A stretch of DNA of 64,000 nt from Nitrospirales bacterium (lineage in GTDB: Bacteria; Nitrospirota; Nitrospiria; Nitrospirales; UBA8639): contig CBDCWC010000003.1 of NCBI GenBank assembly GCA_965223295.1, positions 1,536,001-1,600,000 of the forward strand, written 5' to 3'. Below are positions 48,019 through 58,139 of this stretch, in pieces; the first letter of the stretch is position 1; the number at the start of each line of letters is the position of its first letter. The translations under genes were made by a program, and so were the position numbers. Below the pieces are notes generated by a model. That model was given only the letters and a program-made list of their open reading frames with translations. It searched no databases and was not told the origin of the DNA.

Positions 48019-50319
48019 CTAAACAGTGGCTGGTGCGGGAAGCCACCGTTTTAAGGCTTGTGCGAGGAAATCCGGTCGCACCGGCTTAGGCAAATAGTCA
48101 TCCATTCCAGCTTGTAAACATTTTTCTCGATCTTCCGGCATCGCGTTTGCGGTCATGGCAATAATGGGCAGACGGGAACGGTGAGGGCTACAACGTAAGG
48201 AGTGAGAAGTTTGTGAAAGATCGGTCTCTTGGGCCTCACCCTTCACTCCTAACTCATGACTATTGACCTTGGACTTTTCACTTTCTGCCTTCCTAATCGC
48301 GCGGGTGGCTTCATAGCCATCCATGACTGGCATGTGGCAATCCATGAATACGATGTCGTAGGGAATGGTGGAGCATGCATTGATCGCTTCTTCACCATTT
48401 GCTGCGACGTCTGCTTTATGTCCGAGACGTTCGATCATCATGACAGCCAATTGTTGGTTGACTTGATGGTCATCCACCACCAAAATTCTATGGCTGTTGA
48501 TTTTTGCCGCTTCCAAACCTGAAAAACGCGTTACGACAGGAGTATCAGGGTGATGAAGGTTCCCGGTGGTCAGGCCCATGACCGTTTCCAATGTGCGCTT
48601 GAGAGTGCTTTGGCGAATCGGTTTAGTGAGATAACCTGAAAAGCCTGCAGCTTTGGCTTCTTTTGCATCTCCACGTTGGCCAAGAGAGGATAAAAGAATT
48701 AAACGAATATCCGAGAGCTGAGGATTGGCTTTTATTTCTCGAGCGAAGGTCATCCCATCCATTTCGGGCATCTCCATATCTACAATCGCAATCTGAAAAG
48801 GCGTCCCTTCTTCTTGTGCGTGTTGAAACAGCTGGAGTGCTTCAAGGGGAGTAGCCGCAGAGGCCACTTTCATGTTCCAGCCTTTGGCATATTCTTCCAA
48901 GAGTCGACGATTGACTGGATGATCGTCGATGCAACAGAGGCGTAGCCCCTCCAAATCGCCGGTCGGGAGAATCGGGGTTTGACAAGATTGCTTGATAAAG
49001 TGTGCGGTAAACCAAAAAGTGCTGCCTTGGCCCATCTGACTGTCAAGGCCGATTGTTCCACCCATGTGCTCAACTAACTTCTTACAAATAGCCAGGCCCA
49101 GCCCGGTGCCTCCGAATTGCCGAGTGGTAGAGCTATCGGCTTGTTGGAAAGGTTGAAAGAGGCGCTGTTGGGCAAGAGAGTCAATGCCAACGCCTGTATC
49201 CGTGACCGCCACTCGAAGAGTAGCGGCTTCTGGGGTTTCGTTGACTAGCGAAATGGTCACAGTCACCGCGCCTTTTTTGGTAAATTTGATAGCATTACTT
49301 ATCAAATTCAACAGAACTTGCCGAAAGCGACCCGGATCGCCTCGTAGAGCTGTGGGGACCTGCGAGTCCACACAACCGACCAGCTCCAGATGTTTACTCC
49401 CTGCCTTTTCCGCTAACAGGTCTAAGGTGTCTTCCATCGCGACACGAAGGTCGAAATCAATCGTTTCAAAATCCAGCTTTCCGGCTTCGATTTTTGAAAA
49501 ATCCAAAATATCATTGATAATCGTAAGCAGGGCTTCTCCTGAGCTTCGGACCGTTTCGGCAAACTGCTGTTGTTCTACAGTCATCTCCGTATCTAACAAC
49601 AGACCGGTCATGCCGATAATGCCATTCATGGGGGTCCGAATCTCGTGACTCATGGTCGCCAAGAATTCGCTTTTGGCTTTCGCTGCATGTTCCGCCGCTT
49701 CTTTAGCCGCCCGGAGAGTTTGCTCCGTTTCTTTCCGTTCGGTGATGTCTCGAATAAATGCGCTAAAGAGTGTGGTCCCTTCCATGGTAAATGGGTTGAC
49801 CGATATTTCGATGGGGAAGACCTCTCCTTTTCGATTGAGCGCCGAAAATTCAACGCGCTGATTTAACATGGTGCCTTTCCGAGTTCTGAGGTAACGTTGA
49901 AAACCTTGGTTATGGGCTTCACGGAAATCAGGAGGAATGATCTTGTCGGACACCAGTTGACCGACGATTTCTTCTTTCGTCCATCCAAACAATGTTTCGG
50001 CTTGTGGGTTCCAGTCTATGATGATTCCGTCTTCATTCACCGAAATAACCGCATCCAGGGCGTGATCCACGATCATCTTCGTACGTTCCTGCTCATACTT
50101 AAGCCGGGTTTCGCTTGTGCGTCTGAGGTCATCATAGAGTTGCTGCATTTCTCTGGATGAAAGAGCCAATGATCGTTCCAGTAATTCTCGCCCCTGATCG
50201 GCTTCGGTATAGGCATTGCTGATTCGTTCCAGCAGTTTTCCCCAATTTTCAAGGGGAGGAGGAGTGGTGGGATCACTCGCCCCTAATCGTTTGAGTTGGC
50301 GTTTGAGCAAAGGATGCAT
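48019..50319 (-). CDS. FIST-associated hybrid sensor kinase PAS-HisKA-HATPase-REC-REC (NahK-like)
   Basis: [12 protein letters not shown]-terminus, [11 protein letters not shown], two receivers; starts 6 nt after the FIST gene. Confidence 0.92.
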   Translation of the reverse strand: MHPLLKRQLKRLGASDPTTPPPLENWGKLLERISNAYTEADQGRELLERSLALSSREMQQLYDDLRRTSETRLKYEQERTKMIVDHALDAVISVNEDGIIIDWNPQAETLFGWTKEEIVGQLVSDKIIPPDFREAHNQGFQRYLRTRKGTMLNQRVEFSALNRKGEVFPIEISVNPFTMEGTTLFSAFIRDITERKETEQTLRAAKEAAEHAAKAKSEFLATMSHEIRTPMNGIIGMTGLLLDTEMTVEQQQFAETVRSSGEALLTIINDILDFSKIEAGKLDFETIDFDLRVAMEDTLDLLAEKAGSKHLELVGCVDSQVPTALRGDPGRFRQVLLNLISNAIKFTKKGAVTVTISLVNETPEAATLRVAVTDTGVGIDSLAQQRLFQPFQQADSSTTRQFGGTGLGLAICKKLVEHMGGTIGLDSQMGQGSTFWFTAHFIKQSCQTPILPTGDLEGLRLCCIDDHPVNRRLLEEYAKGWNMKVASAATPLEALQLFQHAQEEGTPFQIAIVDMEMPEMDGMTFAREIKANPQLSDIRLILLSSLGQRGDAKEAKAAGFSGYLTKPIRQSTLKRTLETVMGLTTGNLHHPDTPVVTRFSGLEAAKINSHRILVVDDHQVNQQLAVMMIERLGHKADVAANGEEAINACSTIPYDIVFMDCHMPVMDGYEATRAIRKAESEKSKVNSHELGVKGEAQETDLSQTSHSLRCSPHRSRLPIIAMTANAMPEDREKCLQAGMDDYLPKPVRPDFLAQALKRWLPAPATV
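48171..48283. repeat. Heptamer-period palindromic insert, in frame in a REC domain
   Basis: GACGGGA ACGGTGA GGGCTAC AACGTAA GGAGTGA ... CTCACCC TTCACTC CTAACTC ATGACTA TTGACCT TGGACTT TTCACTT. Confidence 0.75.
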
Positions 50320-50325
50320 GGATGG

Positions 50326-51459
50326 CTACTGCTCAGAAATCGTGGTTAGCGTCATTGTTTGGTTGTGAAGGTCGCAACGTCCGTTGGTGTAGGGAGACAA
50401 TTCGCCGTACGAATAAAACCCAATTTGCTTGGTTCCTTCAGGAAATACCTCGAGGGTGGCCTCAATTTCTTCTTCTGCTCGTTCTCCAAGAACTAAGCGC
50501 CGTCCAACACAGGTAATGGCAATCGCAAGCGTGTTCTCCGCCTCCAGGGATTTGGTCAGGAGGGCGGCCTCCGACGCTCCGGTGATCAGGCGATCAAAAT
50601 TTCCACGCATCAGTTGGACAGCAGCATTGAGAGGGATATTTCCTGCAAAGGTCATGGATTGGTCTGATTCATTCACCGCCAAAATGGTTCGCACGAGATA
50701 TTCATCATTGCTGCCCTCCTGTTTCAATGCTAAGGGAAAGAGGAGAGCCGTTGCCGGGAGTCCACTGGCCCGTTCGCCCAGATATTGTTTGTACAGTTCC
50801 AGAGCAGGTTTGCCGTCCAGCTCATACAGCACATTGCCTTCTGATCGGGTCACTCGACGTTCGGGCCCCAAATAATCCCATCCGCCTTTTGACCCATGTC
50901 CTAGACGAATGTGATCACCATAAAATCCGACAGCCGTCACCACGCCTCCAGTTGGCGTATTCTCCTGAATCACCCAGGTTTGTTTGAAGCGATCTCCATC
51001 TCCTGCGAGCCCTCCGGTGATGATCACGGATTCCGGGAGAACATCATTCATGCCACGGATGAGTTCGCTTCCATTGACTTTGAGCCCATCTGAAAGCACT
51101 AAGACTCCTCTAAGATCCGGTCGCAAGAGATGGTTGGCTATCTGTTGTCCAACTTGCAGAGATTGTGAGGGGTCAGGAATGGCTACTGTCGTGGTTTGGA
51201 CCGTGGTCTGTTCAAACTGAAGAATGCCTCCCACCAGACTGCCGTCTCTAATTTCACTGCCAAAGACTTCCCCGGAAGTCGAACAGCCAACGACGGGAAT
51301 ACCGGAAAAGGTTTGACAGACATCCTGGATGTAGGTCGGTGCTTCCAGAAAACTTGAGGATCCAAATAAAATGACCAGGGACTTTTGAGGGTCCTGGAGA
51401 AAATCCGGGCGAGTGATTAATGGGCTAGAATTATCCAGACAAAATGTTTGAACCTTCAT
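50326..51459 (-). CDS. nosP: FIST-domain protein (NosP-like candidate heme NO sensor)
   Basis: VGCSTSGE, LSDGL, GGLAGD, ELDGKPA, ITCVGRR, GFYSYGEL, LHNQT; GGGAGGAG SD. Confidence 0.88.
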   Translation of the reverse strand: MKVQTFCLDNSSPLITRPDFLQDPQKSLVILFGSSSFLEAPTYIQDVCQTFSGIPVVGCSTSGEVFGSEIRDGSLVGGILQFEQTTVQTTTVAIPDPSQSLQVGQQIANHLLRPDLRGVLVLSDGLKVNGSELIRGMNDVLPESVIITGGLAGDGDRFKQTWVIQENTPTGGVVTAVGFYGDHIRLGHGSKGGWDYLGPERRVTRSEGNVLYELDGKPALELYKQYLGERASGLPATALLFPLALKQEGSNDEYLVRTILAVNESDQSMTFAGNIPLNAAVQLMRGNFDRLITGASEAALLTKSLEAENTLAIAITCVGRRLVLGERAEEEIEATLEVFPEGTKQIGFYSYGELSPYTNGRCDLHNQTMTLTTISEQ

Positions 51460-51566
51460 GTCTCCTCCCTCATTGCATCGAATGTTCTTGCTCTTCTTTT
51501 AGCTGCTCGTGGGCCATACACACTTTTTCAGCGTACGCTTCCGACAATATAGAGAACGTGCTATCT

Positions 51567-51594
51567 TTGTCGGCTGTTTGAGGAGAAATCTAAA
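51567..51594 (-). promoter_or_regulatory. Sigma28-like promoter
   Basis: TTTA-N16-GCCGACAA upstream of the FIST gene. Confidence 0.55.
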
Positions 51595-51672
51595 CCTGAA
51601 CCTGGAATGCTAAGAGGAATAGTCTATCTGTGACCGGCTGTATCCAGAATCGACGAGTCTTTCGATTGTGAA

Positions 51673-53046
51673 TCAGGGTTTTGGGGAAGGGGGGAGCGAA
51701 AGTTTCACTGTTGGAGTCTGTTGGGTGAGACGTGCAAACAGCTTTTTTCGAGTGGAAAAAAATTCCGGATTGCCTTCTGAAGCTTTAAGAAATTTCCCAT
51801 AATATTGATTGGCCAATCGATTATTTCCTAATTGTTCATAGGCATACCCCATGTTGAGATGAATGTGAGGCAGATTGGGCTCAAGCGACTCGGCTTGCCG
51901 TAATTCATGGATGGCTAATTGATAATTTCCACGTTGTTGGGCGACCAAGGCTCGTTGGATCCACAATTGGGGGACCTTGTCATTTCTGGCTAATCCACTT
52001 AGGAAAAATTGATCAGCTTTTTCTATATCCCCTTTGCCCAATAGCGCGGTTCCCATCCAAAACCAGGGTTGCCAATTAACTGGAGGTTTATGGAAGAAGG
52101 GCGAAAGAAGGGCTGAGGCTTCTTGATATTTTCCAACCTGAATCAGGTGTCGAGCGTCACGCAACTGTTGAGCTGGCGAGCGCTGTTGTTGAGGAGGTGT
52201 TGGGGTTTCGGCCTTTGACGTTTCTAATTGTGCCGACAATGGAAGATTCTCTGGTGTTTCAGGTAAATCAGTTGTCAGCATGCTTGTCATCATAACTTCG
52301 TCAGGCTGAATGATTTCTTCCTCTTCCAGAGGTGTGGCAAATGAGTTGGTGTCGTCTGAGTCATCTCCGTTGTCAGGGGGTGTTGTAGATGAAGAGGGAG
52401 CCGTTGGTGTTGACGTTTCAATCGTTGGTGTCGTCTGGACAATAGAGGGCTCCGGCGTCTCGGATTCTAACGGAACTGGATCATTCCCTTGGTCATTATC
52501 GACGGCTATACTTGTTATTGAAGAGGCTTCTTCATCAAGAGAATTTGCGAATGCCACGACCTTCTCTGAAGCATTTGTGTCGGGTGATTCTCCAGAGGCC
52601 AGAGGCTGTTTCCCTTCCTCTGCCGGTGTTGGTGCGATTACTATATGTTCCGTCTCAGACGTTTGTGGAAGAGTAACAGCTTTTGGTTCTTTAGCCGCTA
52701 GATTTTCAGCCAAAGTTTCAGGTGGTGTGTTGATGGGCACAGTTTCCTCAGGAGGGGGGTTGACGTCGAGAATAGAAGGACGGGTATTGATGCTAGCTTG
52801 AGTATGAGGGGCCAGCCCAAAATCCATATGCCAACCAATCCAAAACGCACCGATAGCTAGTCCGCCAAGAGCGAGGGTGATTCCTGCACTCACAATCCAA
52901 AATTTTGCCCGAGAGGCTTTTTGATGTTGTCCTGTTCCTTCCCCTTTGGTAAAAGTCGGCCGCGAAGAGGGGGGATCTGGTGATTCTGCAGAACCACTTT
53001 TTGATTGTGACTGGAGGCGTTTGAGTGTGTCGGCGATGATACTCAT
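51673..53046 (-). CDS. MshN/GspB-like protein: TM, low-complexity linker, TPR
   Basis: MSIIADTLKRL start, one TM, P/T/E-rich linker, C-terminal TPRs; follows the ExeA-type ATPase. Confidence 0.8.
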   Translation of the reverse strand: MSIIADTLKRLQSQSKSGSAESPDPPSSRPTFTKGEGTGQHQKASRAKFWIVSAGITLALGGLAIGAFWIGWHMDFGLAPHTQASINTRPSILDVNPPPEETVPINTPPETLAENLAAKEPKAVTLPQTSETEHIVIAPTPAEEGKQPLASGESPDTNASEKVVAFANSLDEEASSITSIAVDNDQGNDPVPLESETPEPSIVQTTPTIETSTPTAPSSSTTPPDNGDDSDDTNSFATPLEEEEIIQPDEVMMTSMLTTDLPETPENLPLSAQLETSKAETPTPPQQQRSPAQQLRDARHLIQVGKYQEASALLSPFFHKPPVNWQPWFWMGTALLGKGDIEKADQFFLSGLARNDKVPQLWIQRALVAQQRGNYQLAIHELRQAESLEPNLPHIHLNMGYAYEQLGNNRLANQYYGKFLKASEGNPEFFSTRKKLFARLTQQTPTVKLSLPPSPKP

Positions 53047-53053
53047 GTTGGAA

Positions 53054-53137
53054 CCGTAAATAGTAAAAAGTGAGAAGTGAATAGGTAAGACATAAAGACT
53101 AGTTTTTTCTTTACTCCTGACTTCCCACGTTCCCCCT
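53054..53137. repeat. Intergenic heptamer-period palindrome
   Basis: CCGTAAA TAGTAAA AAGTGAG AAGTGAA TAGGTAA ... TTACTCC TGACTTC CCACGTT. Confidence 0.65.
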
Positions 53138-53140
53138 TTT

Positions 53141-53965
53141 TTATTTTAAAAATTCCTGGGCGGCTTTCCAAACCAGGAAATGACTAATCACTGGACGTCT
53201 TTTGGCATAGGCTCCTAGCAAAGCGCGATCACAGAGTTGATTAATACGTCGAGGGACACCATGGGACAACAGGAAAATAAGGCCAGGAACTCCAGCCTGG
53301 AACCTCAGCCGATGAGTGCGTTCAGCTTTCTGAAGGCGATGAACAATATAGGCACGAGTTTCCCGATACCCGAACGGTTTCAGACAGTATTTCACGCTTA
53401 TACGTTGGCGTAGCGGGCGAAAGGCTCGAGCGGACAATTTTTGCTCAAGTTCCGGTTGCCCGACAAGGAGCAAGCACATCAATTTGTCTTTTTCCGTATC
53501 CAGGTTAGACAGGAGTCGTAAGCCTTCTAACACTTTCCCGCTTAACCGATGTGCTTCATCAACTAACACGACAACGCGTTCGCCACCTTCCGCCAAGCGA
53601 AGCAGAAGTTTCGGCAATTCGCGTTGAAGGGCGCCAAGCGAGGAATCCTCTGGAATCGTTCCCGTTAAATCTTCATAAATGGATGTGAGCAAATCCCCAT
53701 AGGATTGGTCGGGGTTGATCAGATAGGCAAAGCGGATGCCTTCTGGAGGATTGCGAAGGAGATGTCGGCACAAGAGGGTTTTCCCGAGTCCCACTTCCCC
53801 AGTCAACATCGTGAAGCCTCCACTCGCGATACCAAAACGAAGATGGTGCAAGGCTTCCATATGATGACTGCCTGGAAAAAAGAAATCGGTGTCCGGAGTC
53901 AATTGAAATGGCGGTTCTGCAAATCCCAGTTCTTCATAGCAAAGGCTCAGGTCTAGAGTCGTCAT
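53141..53965 (-). CDS. ExeA/MshM-family AAA ATPase
   Basis: PFQLTPD, GEVGLGKT, LVDEAH, LVGQPEL, GVPRRINQLCD. Confidence 0.92.
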   Translation of the reverse strand: MTTLDLSLCYEELGFAEPPFQLTPDTDFFFPGSHHMEALHHLRFGIASGGFTMLTGEVGLGKTLLCRHLLRNPPEGIRFAYLINPDQSYGDLLTSIYEDLTGTIPEDSSLGALQRELPKLLLRLAEGGERVVVLVDEAHRLSGKVLEGLRLLSNLDTEKDKLMCLLLVGQPELEQKLSARAFRPLRQRISVKYCLKPFGYRETRAYIVHRLQKAERTHRLRFQAGVPGLIFLLSHGVPRRINQLCDRALLGAYAKRRPVISHFLVWKAAQEFLK

Positions 53966-53967
53966 AA

Positions 53968-55548
53968 TTATGATTTCACAATCTTGGGTGAGAGAAAAAT
54001 GACCAGTTCACTTTTGGTTTTGACGGTATAGGTTCCTTTAAACAACCGGCCTAACAACGGGATATCACCTAACAACGGCACGGATCGTTCCGTTTCAGAT
54101 TCTTCGTCTTGAATCAACCCTCCAATAATCACCATTTCCCCATCTTTGAGTCGGACAACTCCCGAGGATTGTTTGATGTCCAAAATTGGAGCATTCGATG
54201 TCTCGAGTGGTGAGAGGGCGATATCACGTAGACGGGAAATAATAGGCGTGACATCTAACATGATCCATCCATCTTCGGAAATTTGCGGAGTGACTGATAA
54301 GACTAAGCCCACCGTGACCGAATTAGCTTCTTCCGTCACGATATTGCCGGTTCCAGCTGTTCCCTGGGTAATGGTTTGGGTAAAAAATGGTTGATCGGTG
54401 GCCACCTTAATCAAGGCTGGTTGGTTATTCAATGTCACAACGCGAGGCTGTGAGACGACTTTGAGTTCGCCTTGCTCACGAAGAGCATCTAAGATGCCTG
54501 AAAAATCTCCAGAGGTAAAAGACATCGTGGTCGTGGCGACTTTAGGGACAAGCCCTCCAAAGGGGGCGGTGATAATATTTGAGAGGGAAAATGCACCGGT
54601 ATCCCCATCAAATTTGATCTCGTTCCAGTTAATGCCTAGACTGTAATTGTCGTTCAAGTTCACTTCATAAATTCTGGCTTCGATCTCTACTTGGCGATAC
54701 AGCGCGTTATGAACCCTATCAAGGAATTCTTCGATCTCGTTGACGCGTTGGTACCAATCTGTCACATGGATGGTTCCGGAAAGACGATTGGCCACCATCC
54801 GGCCATCTGTAGACATCAGTGTTTGAATCTGCTTCTCAAGTTCTTCCCAGAACTTGATTTCGTCTTGTTGATTGACCGTAATTTGCCCCGTTTCCTGCGA
54901 TCCCCCGCCGCTGGAAGATCCTGAGCTCATTTTTGCCTGATTTTGACCGGTTCCCCCTCGAATGAGTCGGATATAGTCCACGTTGAATAATGCCGTTCTG
55001 AATTGCCTCACTCTGATGAGGCTATCCTCTTCTTTCCAATAATACCCATGGGCTTCCAAGAGTGCCGTCATGGCTCGTTCAAGTGGAAGATCGTGAAAAT
55101 CTACGGTGACTGTGCCAATAATTTCTGGTCCGGCCACGATATTGAGTTTGTTGCTTCTCGCAAAGAGCGCTAAGGCGTCAATAAGCGGCAGATCTTGTGC
55201 CCGAAACGAATATAATGGACCTAGAGTCGGAGCAGGGTCTGGAGGCGTTTCCGGAAAATTGCTGCTCAGCAACATGCGATCTTCCAAGGAAAAATTCGTG
55301 TGATTTTCGGTGAGAGGTTCTGAAAATGCTTGCGAGTTGTGTGATAGGTTTCCTGACGATTGAGACTGGGCTGGTATGGCTTGGATTTCTGTTTCACGGC
55401 CGATGGTGGAACAACCCGAAACCGTAAAAATGCTGACGAGTGCGATATGGAGACCCACCCGTAGGGAAGAATGTGCAAAGGTATGCCAGAGTGGTGTGCC
55501 CATAACTGAGAGGATATATTTGTGTATCGGTTGTTGCGTAAGCGACAT
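53968..55548 (-). CDS. Secretin (MshL/GspD/PilQ family), probable lipoprotein
   Basis: VSGC lipobox, QVEIEARIYEV, TLNNQPALIKV, VPLLGDIPLLGRLF, ELVIFLSP. Confidence 0.93.
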   Translation of the reverse strand: MSLTQQPIHKYILSVMGTPLWHTFAHSSLRVGLHIALVSIFTVSGCSTIGRETEIQAIPAQSQSSGNLSHNSQAFSEPLTENHTNFSLEDRMLLSSNFPETPPDPAPTLGPLYSFRAQDLPLIDALALFARSNKLNIVAGPEIIGTVTVDFHDLPLERAMTALLEAHGYYWKEEDSLIRVRQFRTALFNVDYIRLIRGGTGQNQAKMSSGSSSGGGSQETGQITVNQQDEIKFWEELEKQIQTLMSTDGRMVANRLSGTIHVTDWYQRVNEIEEFLDRVHNALYRQVEIEARIYEVNLNDNYSLGINWNEIKFDGDTGAFSLSNIITAPFGGLVPKVATTTMSFTSGDFSGILDALREQGELKVVSQPRVVTLNNQPALIKVATDQPFFTQTITQGTAGTGNIVTEEANSVTVGLVLSVTPQISEDGWIMLDVTPIISRLRDIALSPLETSNAPILDIKQSSGVVRLKDGEMVIIGGLIQDEESETERSVPLLGDIPLLGRLFKGTYTVKTKSELVIFLSPKIVKS

Positions 55549-55555
55549 CGGATTT

Positions 55556-56083
55556 CTAAGAAGTTGTGAGTGTTTTAAATGTGAGTAGGTGTTTCTTCCC
55601 TCGCCGTTTTAACCATACGCCTCGAACTTCGATGGCCACGACCTGATAGCCATTAATCATTTCTCCTTCGTACACCACACTTCGGTTAATCACGGCGCTG
55701 CGTTCCTGGCTGTCCAACGCAATGGCTTTGAGTTCGAACTGTTGCAGTGCACTCTGTGATTCCCTATTTTTTTCTGAAGAAGTTTTTGAGGGTTGACTTG
55801 CTGAGGCATCGGTCATTGCCCAAACAGGTGCCGGTGCAAACGGATCCCGCTGGGGATTCTGTATCCATTGAGTGGCTTCGGCATCATGTCCTTGAAGTGT
55901 AGGCGTGGTGGCCGACTGGGTTTCACCAAGAAATGGTGCTGCTGCGTCCATCAAAACTGAAGGAATGAAATCTGAAGTCGTTTCCATAAGGTTGTTATAG
56001 ACCGCCATGCCGGCCATGGCACACAGGCCTAAGGCGACAAAGGGGTTCTTTAAAGCTCGACTGAATGCTGAGTTTTCATCCAT
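55556..56083 (-). CDS. MshK/PilP-like accessory protein
   Basis: RDPF motif and AVIN...EGEMINGYQV beta-sandwich pattern; position in the operon. Confidence 0.7.
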   Translation of the reverse strand: MDENSAFSRALKNPFVALGLCAMAGMAVYNNLMETTSDFIPSVLMDAAAPFLGETQSATTPTLQGHDAEATQWIQNPQRDPFAPAPVWAMTDASASQPSKTSSEKNRESQSALQQFELKAIALDSQERSAVINRSVVYEGEMINGYQVVAIEVRGVWLKRRGKKHLLTFKTLTTS

Positions 56084-56661
56084 ACCGACAATCCAACCGT
56101 GAGTTGTGTGGCTTTTTTCCCGTCACCGATCAACGTAATTTCTTCAAGATCTACGCGAGCTCTGGATTGTTCCAACACTTTCAAAAATTTCAGATAAGAT
56201 CCATACCCGCTCGCTTTGTTTCGAGGACTGACGGTGAGTTCGATCGGAACCCGGTTAATCCCTTGAAGCGATGAAGCCGATTGTTTTTCTTTCAAAATTT
56301 TATAGTCTGTATGAAGTGCCAACTGGTTTCCGTGTTCCTGAATCTTCTGAGCCCAGTCCGCCAATTGAGTGAAATCTTGAATCAGCCGTTGGTCGGCTTG
56401 AGTCAGGTCTGCCTGAAGGGATTCGGGATGAGCCTCCTGATATTGATGGCGAAGCTGAGAGACTTGACGCTCCAAATTCAGAATCGTTTGGTAAGAATCC
56501 CGGTTCTGTTGAATGATCAAGAAATGATCCACGCTAATCCAACCAACGACCACAAGACTGCCGATAAGTAGAAGAGTCAAGACCATGGTTCTCAGATCGG
56601 ACAAGGAGAGATCTTTTTCCGCTAACCAGTTCTTCATGAGAAATTTCCCTGTAAGGCCCAA
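56050..56661 (-). CDS. MshJ/PilO/GspM-like inner-membrane platform protein
   Basis: One TM, coiled coil, YGSYLKFLKVLE; position in the operon. Confidence 0.7.
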   Translation of the reverse strand: MGLTGKFLMKNWLAEKDLSLSDLRTMVLTLLLIGSLVVVGWISVDHFLIIQQNRDSYQTILNLERQVSQLRHQYQEAHPESLQADLTQADQRLIQDFTQLADWAQKIQEHGNQLALHTDYKILKEKQSASSLQGINRVPIELTVSPRNKASGYGSYLKFLKVLEQSRARVDLEEITLIGDGKKATQLTVGLSVWMKTQHSVEL

Positions 56662-58124
56662 CGATACAGTGGTTGGCCACGTTCATCTGTAGTTGGCGAA
56701 TTCGATTGAGTGAGAAGTTGGTCTCGCCAATTCTCATCTATCGAGACATGATAGGGCCCGTCTCCTAATTCCTGTGCGAGTTTTTCGACGAGAACCAAAG
56801 TTGATGAAAGATTGGCTGAGGTGTGCCCTGCCAATTCCAGATTCCAGGAATTTTTATTTTTCTTAATTGAGGCTTTATGCAGAATGATCTGAGGCGGAAC
56901 AACTTTCCCCAAGTAGCTCAGTAAGGGGCCTTCGAGCATGGCGGTGGTATTTTCGGTAAGGGTCTGCGCCCACTGTCGTTTGCTTTGGACTGACACAAGT
57001 TGACGTTGCCAATGTCGGTGTTCCTGGTCCAGGGCCTTTTCTTGAGAGGCCAGGCGTTGATTGCGTTCCTGATTTTTGGCCAAATTTCCTTCAATGGCTC
57101 CGGTTGCTCCGATGCCGATAGCAAGGAAGACTGCGATAACGGCAGCGGCCGTATTCGCGAGCATCTTTTTCATCGGGGCACGACGGACGTGCAGTGGCGT
57201 GAAATTTGTCGGAAGGTTCATCGGGAGCGTGGCACCGACCCAAAGCCAGTATTTCCAATCCGGGCTGACGGGACAAGGAACCATAGGCGTGGCCACGTGG
57301 GCTTGTACTTCTTCGAGGGTTAATCGTTCATCTTCACCTAAAAACCAGATTTGGGGAATGGGCAAGTTGATTTGTTGGTTAATAAACATGATCGTCCTAT
57401 TAACCTCTGTTCCAACGCGTTCTCCTAGAGGAATCCAATCTTGTACTGGAGCCAGGTGCCGGGTTAGGAGCGGAATGCCATCTTCTCCTCCGGCGACAAA
57501 TGTCACCTTTCCATCCAACATACTGATAAGCATGGCGGCCTCACCTTGTTCCACTGTCAGAGAGCTGAGTTGACTTTCCGACAAGGCGGAGAGAGGGGCT
57601 AGTTGCTGAAGGTATAAACCCAACTCTTCACACATCTGAACGATCTCATCGATGAAGTTTTGTGGCCAAACCTCAAGGTGGATACTTTGTTTCCCCCTGG
57701 CCAGCATGCCAAGGTAATGGCGCCAGACTGCCGGCCCGTCCCAGTTTTTGACCTGTTGAGCTTTACGTTCAAGAATCCTCATAAGGTCAGCGTGGGGCAT
57801 GGAAGGGAGTTGAACCATGAAGGTCATTAATCGATGGTCTTCCACAATGATAGAAACGTGGGTTCCTGGAAATTGTGTGTTATCAATGGCTTCGGCAATG
57901 GCTTGTCGAAGCGCTTGGGGTTTCCGAATGACTCCCGGTCGCTCCCATCCTTTGTGAATAGCATCATTAATGATGGATAAAGCCTTAAAACGACCATTGA
58001 TGAGAGTGATACTTAGAACGGTGAGCTGCTTGCGAAAGATGCCTTTTTCATAGTTGTCAGAAAATTTCTTGGTAATTTCCTGAAACCCTTGCTTCGAAAG
58101 ATATGTGGAGAATGGTAATGTCAT
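56634..58124 (-). CDS. PilM-PilN/GspL/MshI-like fused platform protein
   Basis: Large cytoplasmic domain, one TM, coiled coil and periplasmic domain (LELAG); position in the operon. Confidence 0.65.
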   Translation of the reverse strand: MTLPFSTYLSKQGFQEITKKFSDNYEKGIFRKQLTVLSITLINGRFKALSIINDAIHKGWERPGVIRKPQALRQAIAEAIDNTQFPGTHVSIIVEDHRLMTFMVQLPSMPHADLMRILERKAQQVKNWDGPAVWRHYLGMLARGKQSIHLEVWPQNFIDEIVQMCEELGLYLQQLAPLSALSESQLSSLTVEQGEAAMLISMLDGKVTFVAGGEDGIPLLTRHLAPVQDWIPLGERVGTEVNRTIMFINQQINLPIPQIWFLGEDERLTLEEVQAHVATPMVPCPVSPDWKYWLWVGATLPMNLPTNFTPLHVRRAPMKKMLANTAAAVIAVFLAIGIGATGAIEGNLAKNQERNQRLASQEKALDQEHRHWQRQLVSVQSKRQWAQTLTENTTAMLEGPLLSYLGKVVPPQIILHKASIKKNKNSWNLELAGHTSANLSSTLVLVEKLAQELGDGPYHVSIDENWRDQLLTQSNSPTTDERGQPLYRWALQGNFS

Positions 58125-58139
58125 GATTTGAGAGATTCC

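Noticed and set aside
52310-52801. Longer antisense ORFs (52310..52801, 57076..57573, 49184..49648, 27333..27800, 12851..13330)
   Set aside because: They lie wholly opposite well-supported genes and have no recognisable motifs; these are shadow ORFs.
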